Shown here piece by piece: positions 28,942 through 38,596 of a DNA stretch of 64,000 nucleotides; the first letter of the stretch is position 1; every line of letters starts with the position of its first letter. A program made the position numbers and the translations under genes. This stretch comes from an uncultured Gemmatimonadaceae bacterium (GTDB lineage Bacteria > Gemmatimonadota > Gemmatimonadetes > Gemmatimonadales > Gemmatimonadaceae), in assembly GCA_963781585.1 (NCBI GenBank), contig CAWAGQ010000005.1, positions 288,001-352,000 on the forward strand, given 5' to 3'. Below the pieces are notes generated by a model. That model did not search any database and had not been told where the DNA came from. It saw only the letters and a program-made list of their open reading frames with translations.

Positions 28942-30180
28942 ATGAAAGCAGCTGATCCTTCAAGACCTCGAGCCGCCGACGTGGAGGACCTGATTTCAGG
29001 ACATCGCGCCCGCGTCCAGTTAGGTGTTCTCTCGCTCGCGATGGTTCTGGGTATGGCCCCGTGGTTTGCGGCCACGGTCGTAGCGCCCGCAATGTCACGC
29101 GAGCTTTCCCTTTCGGCAGGCCTCCAGGCTTGGCTAACTCTCGCCGTCCAGCTCGGCTTCGTAACCGGCTCGATCGCGAGCGCGACGCTGCTCCTGAGCG
29201 ATCGGTTCAGCGCGCGTGGCCTGGCGATGGTCTGTGCGACCCTGGCCGGAGTGGCGACTGTCCTGCTGACGCTCTCCCATCTGGGCGGGACTGAGGCGAT
29301 CGTCCTTCGCTTGATGACCGGAGTCGCTCTCGCTGGCGTCTATCCGCCCGGAATCAAGATAGCCGCGGGATGGACAGAGTCTCGCCGCGGGACCGCCATC
29401 GGGGTGCTCGTCGGTGCACTCACGTTAGGTACCGCTGCCCCGCATCTCCTCCGTCTGGTCGCGAACCTCGACCGATGGCGCCCAGTTCTGTACTGGGCCA
29501 GCACCAGTGCATTCTCGAGTGCGTTCGTCTTCGGTGCACTTGTGCGCGAGGGACCATTTCAGTCGCCTTCGGCACCGTTTGACCCACGCGCGCTGGGACG
29601 CGTGTTAGGCGATCGAGGAGTTGCGCTCGCAACCGGTGGATACCTCGGTCACATGTGGGAGCTCTACGCCATGTGGAGCACCCTCGGAATATTCCTCGCC
29701 GAGACGGTCCGAACTCACGCTCGTCCCGCGCGGTTCGCCCCACTACTTGCTTTTGCAGTGATCGGATTGGGTGGTGCCGTGGGAAGCGTGAGCGCCGGAG
29801 TCTGGGCTGACCGCGTTGGCAAGGCCCGTGTAGCAATTGCGGCCATGGTAGTGAGCGGTATTTGCGCGATCACAGTCGGTCCTCTCGCCTTGGCGTCCTT
29901 CCGCGCAGGAGTGATCGTCGCTTTCATCTGGGGCGTGGCCATCGTGGCCGACTCGGCGCAGTTCTCAGCGTGCGTCGCCGAGCTCGCCCCAAAGGCTTAC
30001 GTCGGAACTGCCGTCACCACGCAGACGGCCCTGGGGTTTCTCCTTACGATGTTCACAATTCACTTCGTGCCGGAATGGGCTGCCTCCTGGGGGTGGCAAT
30101 GGGCATATGCGCCGCTCGCGATCGGCCCCGCGTTCGGCATCGTGGCGATGCGGCAGTTATGGTTGGATACGCGTGTCTAG
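28942..30180 (+). CDS. MFS transporter
   Basis: About 12 TM segments; AVQLGF, LAGVYPPG, GYLGHMWELYAMW and ADSAQFS. Confidence 0.88.
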   Translation: MKAADPSRPRAADVEDLISGHRARVQLGVLSLAMVLGMAPWFAATVVAPAMSRELSLSAGLQAWLTLAVQLGFVTGSIASATLLLSDRFSARGLAMVCATLAGVATVLLTLSHLGGTEAIVLRLMTGVALAGVYPPGIKIAAGWTESRRGTAIGVLVGALTLGTAAPHLLRLVANLDRWRPVLYWASTSAFSSAFVFGALVREGPFQSPSAPFDPRALGRVLGDRGVALATGGYLGHMWELYAMWSTLGIFLAETVRTHARPARFAPLLAFAVIGLGGAVGSVSAGVWADRVGKARVAIAAMVVSGICAITVGPLALASFRAGVIVAFIWGVAIVADSAQFSACVAELAPKAYVGTAVTTQTALGFLLTMFTIHFVPEWAASWGWQWAYAPLAIGPAFGIVAMRQLWLDTRV

Positions 30181-30222
30181 CCATTCCGCCGAGCATTCGT
30201 CTTCCCCAGGCTGGAACGCGCT

Positions 30223-30260
30223 CTTCCACTCGCGGCCCGCGCTTCCACTCGCGGCCCGCG
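30223..30260. repeat. Exact 19-bp tandem duplication
   Basis: cttccactcgcggcccgcg occurs twice in the convergent intergenic gap. Confidence 0.85.
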
Positions 30261-30385
30261 CACGGCATTGCCGCCTTGACCGGCGCGCAGATCCATCTCG
30301 GGAATGCAATCGCAATCGTGACCGACCGTCCGCGGGCGAACAAGCTCGAATCGATAGTCGACCTCTCAGCAGGTCGCGAGGCTGC

Positions 30386-31372
30386 TCAGCACCCTGCATA
30401 TGCACTTCGCCAACGCCGGACCCATTGCGAGGGGGCTTCTCGCTCGAGGAGCTCGAGTCGGAATCCGTCTCCGATCTCCCGACGAACGAGGAGTGCCACG
30501 GCGCCGTTGCGAAGCTGAAGTATTCCCAAGAGCTCCAAGGACTCGAGGCTTTCCTCGTATCCCACTGTACGCTCTGTGTAGCCAACCGTCAGGACGTGTT
30601 TCGGGTCACCCTGCCTGCCCTCGAGGACAAGTACCAGTTGCTCCTGAAGTGGATTCGCCTCCTGATTGACGATCCGGGCGACCTCGGCAAGGACGCCGGT
30701 GTCGCCGTCAGCCAGTCTGAACCGATTTGCCTGTCGCACGATGTACGGTCGGCCGCGAAACACGCTCGCGGTATCAATGTCGGCAATTGACGCGGCACGC
30801 GCCAAGGCGATCGTGAGCTCCAACGAGTCTGCTCCGGAGAGCGCTGGCAGAGAGTCGAAGGGGAGCGGGATCGCGCGGTTGTGCGGAAAGGCGATACTCC
30901 AAGGACGTATCAGGGGCTGGGCGTCGCTCCGACGCAATTCGGCGACCGGCCACGCCGCGCACGGCGCGAGCGTGTCGGCGTGCACGGCAACAATTCGTGC
31001 GTAGCGGACGGAATCTCCCCGCAACAGGAGATCGAGTTCGGCGTTCACGCGATGTCCCGGTTCGAGCCGGAGAGTATCGAGATGCGCTGAAGTGGAGAAG
31101 ACCGGGTCAATGAGTAGGGCCGTTGACGGATTGTCGCCCGAAAGAGCAAAGAAGGAACCCGCGATCGTATCCCAGACGGCCGCCAACGTGACCGTTGGTG
31201 TGAACGTCCCTGGTGACGGCGGGGCTCCCGCTGCAGTAGTGTCCTTGCGGCCGGGCGGGTGCTCTCCTGAGCATGCCGCGAGCGTCACCACTACGATGGT
31301 CAGCCCGACAAGAGCGCGGCAGATGTGTCTGGACATCGACATTGAATCTGTCCGGTCGGCGTAATCCGTCAA
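30386..31372 (-). CDS. Hypothetical lipoprotein
   Basis: Long ORF with a signal peptide and LAAC lipobox; the start may be a later Met. Confidence 0.65.
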   Translation of the reverse strand: MTDYADRTDSMSMSRHICRALVGLTIVVVTLAACSGEHPPGRKDTTAAGAPPSPGTFTPTVTLAAVWDTIAGSFFALSGDNPSTALLIDPVFSTSAHLDTLRLEPGHRVNAELDLLLRGDSVRYARIVAVHADTLAPCAAWPVAELRRSDAQPLIRPWSIAFPHNRAIPLPFDSLPALSGADSLELTIALARAASIADIDTASVFRGRPYIVRQANRFRLADGDTGVLAEVARIVNQEANPLQEQLVLVLEGRQGDPKHVLTVGYTERTVGYEESLESLELLGILQLRNGAVALLVRREIGDGFRLELLEREAPSQWVRRWRSAYAGC

Positions 31373-31503
31373 TTAAGGTTGCCGCACCCGCAAGTCGCCT
31401 CTGCCGGCGCGAATGACATCGACGTCGCCAGGAGATGGTGTGATCCGTGTCACCGGACACCTCGCACAGCGGGAGTCGCAGCCGGTCGAACCTCGTTTGC
31501 CTC

Positions 31504-31839
31504 TTACGTGTCTCTGGAACTGTACGACTCAACGCGCACTCGCTGCGTGAGTGCGGCGTCCAAGACCGCGCCTGCCAGGTCCCAATGCCATGCTGGCCGC
31601 TGGCGTGCCGTTCGCGGATCCTTGAGGGGCTTGTACTGCAGTCCGTCGGCAGGCAGACCGTGTTGCACTCCGAACGCCAGGAGACGCGCACGGTCGGTGG
31701 ACACGACATGAGCCATCGCCCGCCCACCCCAGACGTGGCGATGCAGCCAAAGCCCGCCCTCCATTGCGTGGATCATGCCATCCCGGCGGCGCGCGAATTC
31801 GGCGATGACAAGGGGGCTGCCCACGAGTACGTCAGTCAT
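31504..31839 (-). CDS. DUF4031-like small protein
   Basis: Pattern HVVSTDRARLLAFG..HGL...LQ...HWDL, recalled as DUF4031. Confidence 0.6.
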   Translation of the reverse strand: MTDVLVGSPLVIAEFARRRDGMIHAMEGGLWLHRHVWGGRAMAHVVSTDRARLLAFGVQHGLPADGLQYKPLKDPRTARQRPAWHWDLAGAVLDAALTQRVRVESYSSRDT

Positions 31840-31861
31840 GCCGCAAATATGCGCTACCGGA

Positions 31862-32245
31862 CTACTGACAGACCATCAGTCCTTCGCTGGTCGCTGGCGC
31901 CAGTGGAGGAATACTGCCGATAAACATGGCGCACTCAATTGGGTAAGCGAGCGGATGTGTGACCTTCGCGGACCACCCGGCGGCGGAGGCAATTCCGAAT
32001 GTGACGACTACGCCGCTGCTCAGGTTGAAGTTGAGAGACGTGAGGTTGGTGGTGTAGGAACTTTGCTCGTAGAAGTACGCCTCTTCAGCCGTGGCGAGGT
32101 TGCGCAGGTCGGAACGCAGAGATGCGGTATATGCCTTTCCTTTGGTGTTCTGGAACTTGGGAATGGCGATCGCCGCCAGCAGTCCAATAATGACGACGAC
32201 GATCAGCAGCTCTATGAGGGTGAATCCACGGCGAGTGCGAGACAT
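31862..32245 (-). CDS. Type IV pilin-like protein (prepilin N-methylation motif)
   Basis: RRG/FTLIELLIVVVIIGLLAAIAIPKF and a C-terminal Cys pair. Confidence 0.93.
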   Translation of the reverse strand: MSRTRRGFTLIELLIVVVIIGLLAAIAIPKFQNTKGKAYTASLRSDLRNLATAEEAYFYEQSSYTTNLTSLNFNLSSGVVVTFGIASAAGWSAKVTHPLAYPIECAMFIGSIPPLAPATSEGLMVCQ

Positions 32246-32327
32246 GGGTGATCGCAGGATCTAGAAGGGCGCGTTTCGTGACCTACCGACGCCTGCTCAG
32301 AGGCGTGAGTCACTGCGCGATGTAGGT

Positions 32328-32343
32328 GGCAACGCCGGGGCCG
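32328..32343 (-). promoter_or_regulatory. Putative sigma54 (-24/-12) promoter of the pilin gene
   Basis: The minus strand reads cGGCcccggcgTTGCc (GG-N10-GC). An aagtc...gactt inverted repeat lies just upstream. Confidence 0.45.
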
Positions 32344-32473
32344 TGGCGCCCAAAAATCACCAAGTCCATGTGTTGGCATGACTTCCGACGAGAAGCGGAC
32401 GGTTCGGGCATTGACTCAGGTCACTCGTTTCGCCGGTGGTGCGGCACCTTGCAAGACCATACCGCCTTGGATG

Positions 32474-35443
32474 TTACGCCTTCGCATCGAGCCAGTTCTT
32501 CCCGTGACCGATGTCGACAACAAGGGGAACGGAGAGCTCCGCTGCATGCTCCATCTCGTTCCGGACGATGGCTTTGAGGCTCTCGAGTTCCCCCGGAGCG
32601 ACATCGAACACGAGTTCATCGTGCACCTGGAGAATCATTCGGCTCAGCATGCCCTGCTCATCCAGCAGACGGTGAATCCGAATCATGGCGACCTTGATCA
32701 GATCGGCCGCGGAGCCTTGGATCGGTGCGTTGGTGGCCACTCGCTCCCCAAAGGCGCGCATGTTGAAATTTCGCTCCCGCAGCTCGGGCACGTAGCGCCG
32801 GCGTTTAAAGATGGTTTCGACAAATCCGTGTTCCCTCGCATAGGCGACCTGCGCATCCAGGTAGTCGCGAACGCCACGAAAGCGCTCGAAGTAGGTTGCA
32901 ATGAACGCCTTGGCTTCCGAGGACGAGATCCGGAGCTGCCTCGCCAACGCCACCGCGCCCTGGCCGTAGATCGTGGCGAAGTTGATAGTCTTGGCACGAG
33001 CGCGCATCTCTGGCGTGACGTCCGCAACGGGCACGCTGAAGATGATCGCGGCCGTCTGCTTGTGAATGTCGCCGCCCGACGAAAAGGCATCAACGAACGC
33101 CGGGTCACGGGAGAGGTGTGCGAGAAGGCGCAGCTCGATCTGTGAATAGTCGGCGACCAACAGTTCCCAGCCATCGCGGGCGACGAACCCGCGCCGGATG
33201 TCGCGGCCCAGCTCTCTGCGAATCGGAATGTTTTGCAGGTTGGGATCGCTGGAGGATAGTCGTCCGGTGGCGGCCACGGTCTGATTGTACGAAGTGTGCA
33301 GTCGTTGATCGTCGGGATGGACGAGCGCCGGTAGAGTGTCGAGGTACGTCGATTCGAGCTTAGCGAGCTCCCGGTACTCCATCAGCAACGACGGCAATGC
33401 GTGTCCCTCGTCCGCCAGTTCCTGGAGCACGCTCGCATCTGTTGAGGGACCGCTGGCAGTCCGTTTTCGGATAGGCAAACCCAGTTTTTCGAAGAGTATC
33501 TTCCGCAGTTGCGGATTGGAGTTGATGTTGAAATCCTCACCTGCCGCGGCGTAGATCTCCCGCTCTACGCCCTGCCGCTCCCCTCGAAAGCGTTCCTTCA
33601 GCGACCGGAACCAAGCAAGGTCGATTGAGACGCCGGTCTCCTCCATGTCGGCCAACACTGCGATCAGTGGGATCTCGATATCCTCGAACAGGGTTGTGAG
33701 ACCATGCGCCTCGAGCTGCACTGACAAGCTGTCACGCAGACGAAGTGTGACATCGACCGCTTCACACGAGTAATCGCGTGCCGCCTCCACCGGTACGACA
33801 TCGAACGGGACCGCCTCCCGACCGCGGCCACAGAGGTCTTCGAACGACATCATCCGGAGGTTGAGAAACTCCTCTGCGAGGAGGTCGAGGCTGTGCGAGC
33901 GCCGGCCCGGATCCAGCACGTAGCTGGCGAGCATGGTGTCGAAGGTCAGTCCCTGAACGGGCACACTCGCTCGCCGTAGGACCAACACGTCATACTTCGC
34001 ATTTTGCGCGCACTTTTCTACGCGTGGGTCGGCGAGCAGATCGCGGAGCGGGCGCATGGCATCGCTCGTCAGTGTCGGCAGGTTCCGGGGCATCTGCGTC
34101 TGTTTGGCGAGCATACGAGCCGCTATTCCGCCTCCCTCACGACGAACAGGCTGGCTGCCGGACGGTGTGCCTGTTCTCCGGTTCCTGGCCTTGGCGGGGA
34201 GACCCACTCCCTCACGCTCACGCGTCGCAAGACCGGACAGCGTTTCCTCTGGTTTCGTCAGAAGGTCACCCTGCTCGGCGTGAAGCACGCGGTGGGCCAG
34301 GGGGAGATAGTAGGCTTCACCGGGAGACAGTGCGATGGAAATGCCGACGAGGCGCACCCGAAGTGGGTCGGTGGTGGTCGGACTCCCGGGTTCTGGAACC
34401 GTTTCGGTGTCGAACGTCATGCATCCCATCTGACGTGCCCTGGCCACGAGCTCCGAAACGGCCGCGACGCTGTCAGCCACGTGATAGCGCGCAGTCGAGC
34501 GGGCTTCGGAGTGATCCGTCTTCCGGTCGACATCGCGCAACAGGGTGGTGAACTCGAGGTCGAGATACAGCCGGCGCAGTTGTTCGGTATCCGGTGGGCC
34601 AACCTTGAATGAATCGAGATCGAGCGCGACGGGCACGTTCAGGCGAATCGTCACCAGTTCCTTGGAAAGGCGCGCTCGATCCGGATAGGTCGTGAGGGCC
34701 TCTCTTGGTCTCTTGCCGGGCAGTCCGGCGGCAGCATTCAGTATCGCCTCCAGTCCCCCGTATTGGCGGACGAGGTCGCGAGCCGTCTTCTGTCCGATCC
34801 CCGGTACGCCAGGGACGTTGTCCGACGAGTCGCCGACCAGCGCCAAGTAGTCCGTCACATGCTCTGGGGGCACTCCCAGCCGATCGGATGCGTTCTCCAG
34901 GCCGACCCATTGCTCGTCGACTCCCGCTGGGCCACCCCTCCCGGGATTGAGCAGCCAGACACCTGGCCCGACCAGCTGCTGGAAGTCCTTGTCCCCTGAC
35001 ACGATGACCACGTGTACGTGTTGCTGCTTCGCCTGGACAGCCAGCGTGCCGATCACGTCGTCTGCTTCGTATCCGGGTACGGTGACCAAGGGCACTCGGT
35101 ATGCACACAGAAGCTGCTCGATCCGGGCAACGCCCTGATCGAAGTCGGACTGGAGCTCTTCGCTGAGCTTCTGTCGTGTCGCCTTGTAGTCGGGAAATAT
35201 CGCGTGGCGAAATGAGAGTCCGGAGTCGTGTATCCACGCGATGTAGTCCGGCTGGTAGCGCCCCAACACCCCTTGCAGGAAGTTGGCGACGCCCCAGGCT
35301 GCAGACGTGTTCTCGCCTTTTGCCGTCGTCAGGGGACGCGAGAGCAACGCAAAGAAGGCACGGTAGATGAGTGCATAGCCGTCGATCAGGAAGAGCGTTG
35401 GAGGGTCGGGCGGCGTGACCGCGGGCACGTCATCTGGGGACAC
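32474..35443 (-). CDS. polA: DNA polymerase I
   Basis: LIDGYALIYRAFFA, GYEADD and GDSSDNVPG (5'-3' exo); FDTET; TGRLSSSDPNLQNIP, DYSQIELR, KTINFATIYG and QVHDEL. Confidence 0.97.
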   Translation of the reverse strand: MSPDDVPAVTPPDPPTLFLIDGYALIYRAFFALLSRPLTTAKGENTSAAWGVANFLQGVLGRYQPDYIAWIHDSGLSFRHAIFPDYKATRQKLSEELQSDFDQGVARIEQLLCAYRVPLVTVPGYEADDVIGTLAVQAKQQHVHVVIVSGDKDFQQLVGPGVWLLNPGRGGPAGVDEQWVGLENASDRLGVPPEHVTDYLALVGDSSDNVPGVPGIGQKTARDLVRQYGGLEAILNAAAGLPGKRPREALTTYPDRARLSKELVTIRLNVPVALDLDSFKVGPPDTEQLRRLYLDLEFTTLLRDVDRKTDHSEARSTARYHVADSVAAVSELVARARQMGCMTFDTETVPEPGSPTTTDPLRVRLVGISIALSPGEAYYLPLAHRVLHAEQGDLLTKPEETLSGLATREREGVGLPAKARNRRTGTPSGSQPVRREGGGIAARMLAKQTQMPRNLPTLTSDAMRPLRDLLADPRVEKCAQNAKYDVLVLRRASVPVQGLTFDTMLASYVLDPGRRSHSLDLLAEEFLNLRMMSFEDLCGRGREAVPFDVVPVEAARDYSCEAVDVTLRLRDSLSVQLEAHGLTTLFEDIEIPLIAVLADMEETGVSIDLAWFRSLKERFRGERQGVEREIYAAAGEDFNINSNPQLRKILFEKLGLPIRKRTASGPSTDASVLQELADEGHALPSLLMEYRELAKLESTYLDTLPALVHPDDQRLHTSYNQTVAATGRLSSSDPNLQNIPIRRELGRDIRRGFVARDGWELLVADYSQIELRLLAHLSRDPAFVDAFSSGGDIHKQTAAIIFSVPVADVTPEMRARAKTINFATIYGQGAVALARQLRISSSEAKAFIATYFERFRGVRDYLDAQVAYAREHGFVETIFKRRRYVPELRERNFNMRAFGERVATNAPIQGSAADLIKVAMIRIHRLLDEQGMLSRMILQVHDELVFDVAPGELESLKAIVRNEMEHAAELSVPLVVDIGHGKNWLDAKA

Positions 35444-35566
35444 GGGCAGAAGTGGTTCAGGAGTGTGGAAGTCGACGATACAGTGAAACTAGGCGTGCGG
35501 TGGTGGTGCAGGAGTCTCGACTTGCTCGTTCGTGATCGCGCGGGTGCTCTCCAGCGGTGCCGCTAC

Positions 35567-35598
35567 AAAAAAAACCCGCCTGCCGGAGGGCAGGCGGG
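35567..35598 (-). terminator. Rho-independent terminator of the cold-shock gene
   Basis: On the minus strand, cccgcctgcc-ctcc-ggcaggcggg is followed by T8. Confidence 0.9.
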
Positions 35599-35643
35599 CA
35601 GTTCCTTGTATGGCCGAGGCAGACGACTCGCGCCAAACGAGGC

Positions 35644-35847
35644 CTACGTGGCTCTGGTTACGTTGGTGGCGTGTAATCCCTTGGCACCGGTCTGGATTTC
35701 GAACTCCACCAGTTGGCCTTCGGCAAGAGTCTTGAAGCCATCCATCTGGATCGCGGAGAAATGCACGAAGACGTCCTCTCCGCCCTCCTGCTCGATGAAG
35801 CCGTACCCCTTGGCGTCATTGAACCACTTTACCTTCCCTCTGGCCAT
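35644..35847 (-). CDS. csp: Cold-shock protein
   Basis: [18 protein letters not shown]...DVFVHFSAI; a GGAGG SD lies upstream. Confidence 0.96.
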   Translation of the reverse strand: MARGKVKWFNDAKGYGFIEQEGGEDVFVHFSAIQMDGFKTLAEGQLVEFEIQTGAKGLHATNVTRAT

Positions 35848-35923
35848 GCAAGCTGCCTCCTGCAGGGTGGAACACTCCCGCACAAACCTGTTGCGGGGCA
35901 AACCGCGTTGGTTTGCGGCCCCT

Positions 35924-35952
35924 TATATAGGCGTGGCCGAAGAGACTGTCAA
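35924..35952 (-). promoter_or_regulatory. Sigma70-type promoter of the cold-shock gene
   Basis: TTGACA-17 bp-TATATA on the minus strand, followed by a GC-rich hairpin-forming leader. Confidence 0.65.
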
Positions 35953-36070
35953 GAGAAGGTGTTACGGCACAACACGATACCTCGCTGTTGCGCCGTCGGT
36001 ATCGCTTTCCTGCCCCTGTTCATGACGCCCTGCGCTCGATTTGGCTAGTCGTGATTCAGGGCACAAACTA

Positions 36071-37471
36071 CTACGGCACAAGCAGCCGGCGGGCAACGCT
36101 TTCGAAGTCCGCCTCGGACGACATGGTCATTCGCCAACGACCGAAGCCCGTCTGGTCGACGAACACGATCTGGAGACGGTACTGTCGATAATCCCAGATC
36201 AGTGTGCTCCCGCGCTGACCAGCTGTGCTTGCGCTGGGCTCATATGTCTGGTCCGGGTTGCCTAACGCGACGTAGACGCGCCCGCGATCAGTAAGCCAAC
36301 CTGCGCCGCCCTCCTCCCGGAAGCGCGAGTTCGCCTGTGCGATGCGCGCGAAGTAGTCTCGCAAGCCTTCATGTTGCGGGGTCTGCGGAAAGGGGTCGGT
36401 GTCCCGCAGGAAGGCAGCCCACAGGCTCGCCCTCGTTTCGGCGGTCGCATCGCGAAGGGCCTGGAGCCGCGCCGGGGTCGCATAATATCTGAGGTAGTTC
36501 AACATCTCCGAGAATGAGGCGACGGGCAGATCTTCCCCGAATCCCACGAAGAGCGGTGTGCGCACGGTGTCCCTGCCCCCGGCGCGGCTCACTCCCACCG
36601 TCATCACTCCAACGCCGATCTTGGCCACCGGAACAGCGAACGTCCCACTGAAGAGATCGGTGCGATGCGGCAGGTCAATCGAATCGGCCCACAGCAGCGC
36701 GTTTCCTTCATCGCTGCGTACGGTGACGCGAAGGGGAAAGGTCTGATTTTGACCGTACCCCTCGACATACACCGGGAGAATCGAGTCTCGTCCGAAAACT
36801 GCCGTGGCGCGTGGCGTCGCCAGTATGTTCGGCAGTGTGTCGCGCCGGCCGCGGGCAGTGGCTTCGTAGAACGGGACAGGGGAGGAAACGGACCCGTCGG
36901 CAAAGCGTGGGACACCAACCGTTGCTTCGACCGCGCTCCCGTGCGTTACCCCTTCGTCCCGAACGGTTAGGCGCATTTCGTACGTTCCGGGATCCAGGCT
37001 CAGGAACTGTCGAAACAGGACGCTTTCATCAGTCCTGGTGGTTTCCCGGAAGACGAGCACTCTGACGGTTTCCTGGCCCTTGAGGTCGCGAACGAGCTGT
37101 GTGCCCCGCCGGACCTCCAGTTCGACGTTGTAGGCGGCGCGGAACCTGTCACCCTCGCGAGCGAAGTGCAGGACTCTGTTGGCCAATGCCACGGTCAGGA
37201 CCACCAGTGTGGAGTCGCTTGCCCCAGCGAAGAAGGAGAGGGTTCCAACGAATGGGGTCTCTCCCTCCTCGGCAAGAAGCCCCATTTTTCGGTACAGGGC
37301 GACTTCGTCGCTCTGCGTGGAGCTGCGACGGGCAGTGGTGGTACCGGCAGGCGTTTCCGGGCTCGAAGGCGTGCCGGGTGGAGTCGCGCGTGGCCCCGAG
37401 GCGCACGCGCCAGCGATCAGACCGAGGGCGACCGTCGCCCCACCAGAGATCCTCTGTCGCCAGAGTCGCAT
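36071..37471 (-). CDS. GWxTD domain-containing lipoprotein
   Basis: ANSRFREEGGAGWLTDRGRVYVALGNPD; N-terminal signal with AGAC lipobox. Confidence 0.85.
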   Translation of the reverse strand: MRLWRQRISGGATVALGLIAGACASGPRATPPGTPSSPETPAGTTTARRSSTQSDEVALYRKMGLLAEEGETPFVGTLSFFAGASDSTLVVLTVALANRVLHFAREGDRFRAAYNVELEVRRGTQLVRDLKGQETVRVLVFRETTRTDESVLFRQFLSLDPGTYEMRLTVRDEGVTHGSAVEATVGVPRFADGSVSSPVPFYEATARGRRDTLPNILATPRATAVFGRDSILPVYVEGYGQNQTFPLRVTVRSDEGNALLWADSIDLPHRTDLFSGTFAVPVAKIGVGVMTVGVSRAGGRDTVRTPLFVGFGEDLPVASFSEMLNYLRYYATPARLQALRDATAETRASLWAAFLRDTDPFPQTPQHEGLRDYFARIAQANSRFREEGGAGWLTDRGRVYVALGNPDQTYEPSASTAGQRGSTLIWDYRQYRLQIVFVDQTGFGRWRMTMSSEADFESVARRLLVP

Positions 37472-37572
37472 TCCGCCTCCAAGGGCCGCACAGGACGGCC
37501 ATCTTCAAGTTTGGAAGCCAACCATACCGTGCTTGCTTGCCGCGGTTCCACCGTGGCATTAGGTTCGCGGCC

Positions 37573-38505
37573 GTGCCAAAGGAAAACCTGATCGGTCAGA
37601 CCGTCGCTGGCTACTCCATTCAGGAATTGGTTGGCGAGGGTGGGACGTCCGTCGTCTATCGTGCCCACCATCCCCAGCACGGGACGGTGGCCTTCAAGGT
37701 CCTGCGCGACAAGCTCCGGCAGGACAAGACGGCGCTGGCGCGGTTTACGCGCGAGGCCAACTTTGGAAAGCGGGTCGAGCACCCCAACGTGATCAGGACC
37801 ATCGAAACGGGGGAGGCGGACTCGATTCCCTATCTCGTTATCGAATGGGCACCTGGGGATCTTCTGGAGCAGTACGCGAAGCGAAAAGCGCCACTGCCTC
37901 GAGCGGAGGTGGCGTCGATCATCCTGCAGATCGCCGACGCCGTGGGAGCCGCACACCTCTCGGGAATCGTCCATCGCGACCTGAAGCCAGACAATGCGAT
38001 GTACGATCCCGAAAGCGGCCGCGTGAAGCTGCTCGATTTCGGCATTGCCGCTGCCACCGACACATCGCAGGATGAACGGCTCACCCGTGCGGGCTACTTC
38101 GTGGGAACCCTGATGTACGTCGCGCCCGAGGCGCTATCGGGCGCGCTGGTGACTCCGGCGGCGGATCAATACAGCTTGGCGACGATCGCATATCTCCTCC
38201 TTACCGGCAACTTGCCGTACCTGGCAAAGTCGCCTCGCGAGATGTTCACGCAACTCCTCTCGCAGGCTCCAGTTTCGCTCAACAAGGCGCGTCCGAGTCT
38301 CGACTTCGGTCCGCGTGTCGAGGCCGTGGTGATGCGCGGTCTCTCCCGTGAACCTGCGGAGCGCTATCCCGACGTTCTGGTGTTTGCCCGTCAGCTACAC
38401 GACGTGTTGACTGGGCCTGCCACCGCGAACTCCGACCCGCGCGGTTCGAGCCCGCCGCAGGAGGAGGGGATCTTCTCGCGAGTGAAGGGCCTCTTCCGTC
38501 GATAG
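37573..38505 (+). CDS. Hanks-type Ser/Thr protein kinase (kinase domain only)
   Basis: Motifs GEGGTSVVY, AFKVL, HPNVI, HRDLKPDN, DFG and GTLMYVAPE. Confidence 0.93.
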   Translation: MPKENLIGQTVAGYSIQELVGEGGTSVVYRAHHPQHGTVAFKVLRDKLRQDKTALARFTREANFGKRVEHPNVIRTIETGEADSIPYLVIEWAPGDLLEQYAKRKAPLPRAEVASIILQIADAVGAAHLSGIVHRDLKPDNAMYDPESGRVKLLDFGIAAATDTSQDERLTRAGYFVGTLMYVAPEALSGALVTPAADQYSLATIAYLLLTGNLPYLAKSPREMFTQLLSQAPVSLNKARPSLDFGPRVEAVVMRGLSREPAERYPDVLVFARQLHDVLTGPATANSDPRGSSPPQEEGIFSRVKGLFRR

Positions 38506-38596
38506 GAGTCTTCCGAGGTTCCACCGCGGCAGCGCCACCGGTGGTGCCGGACAGGACACCCGACCGGGTTGCGCAACTCCACCCCCTTTCAGCTCG

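Noticed and set aside
30223..30260. CRISPR array
   Set aside because: Two adjacent 19-bp units with no spacers and no cas genes.
34095..34290. Intein in polA
   Set aside because: Too short, and lacks N-terminal C/S and C-terminal HN splice motifs.
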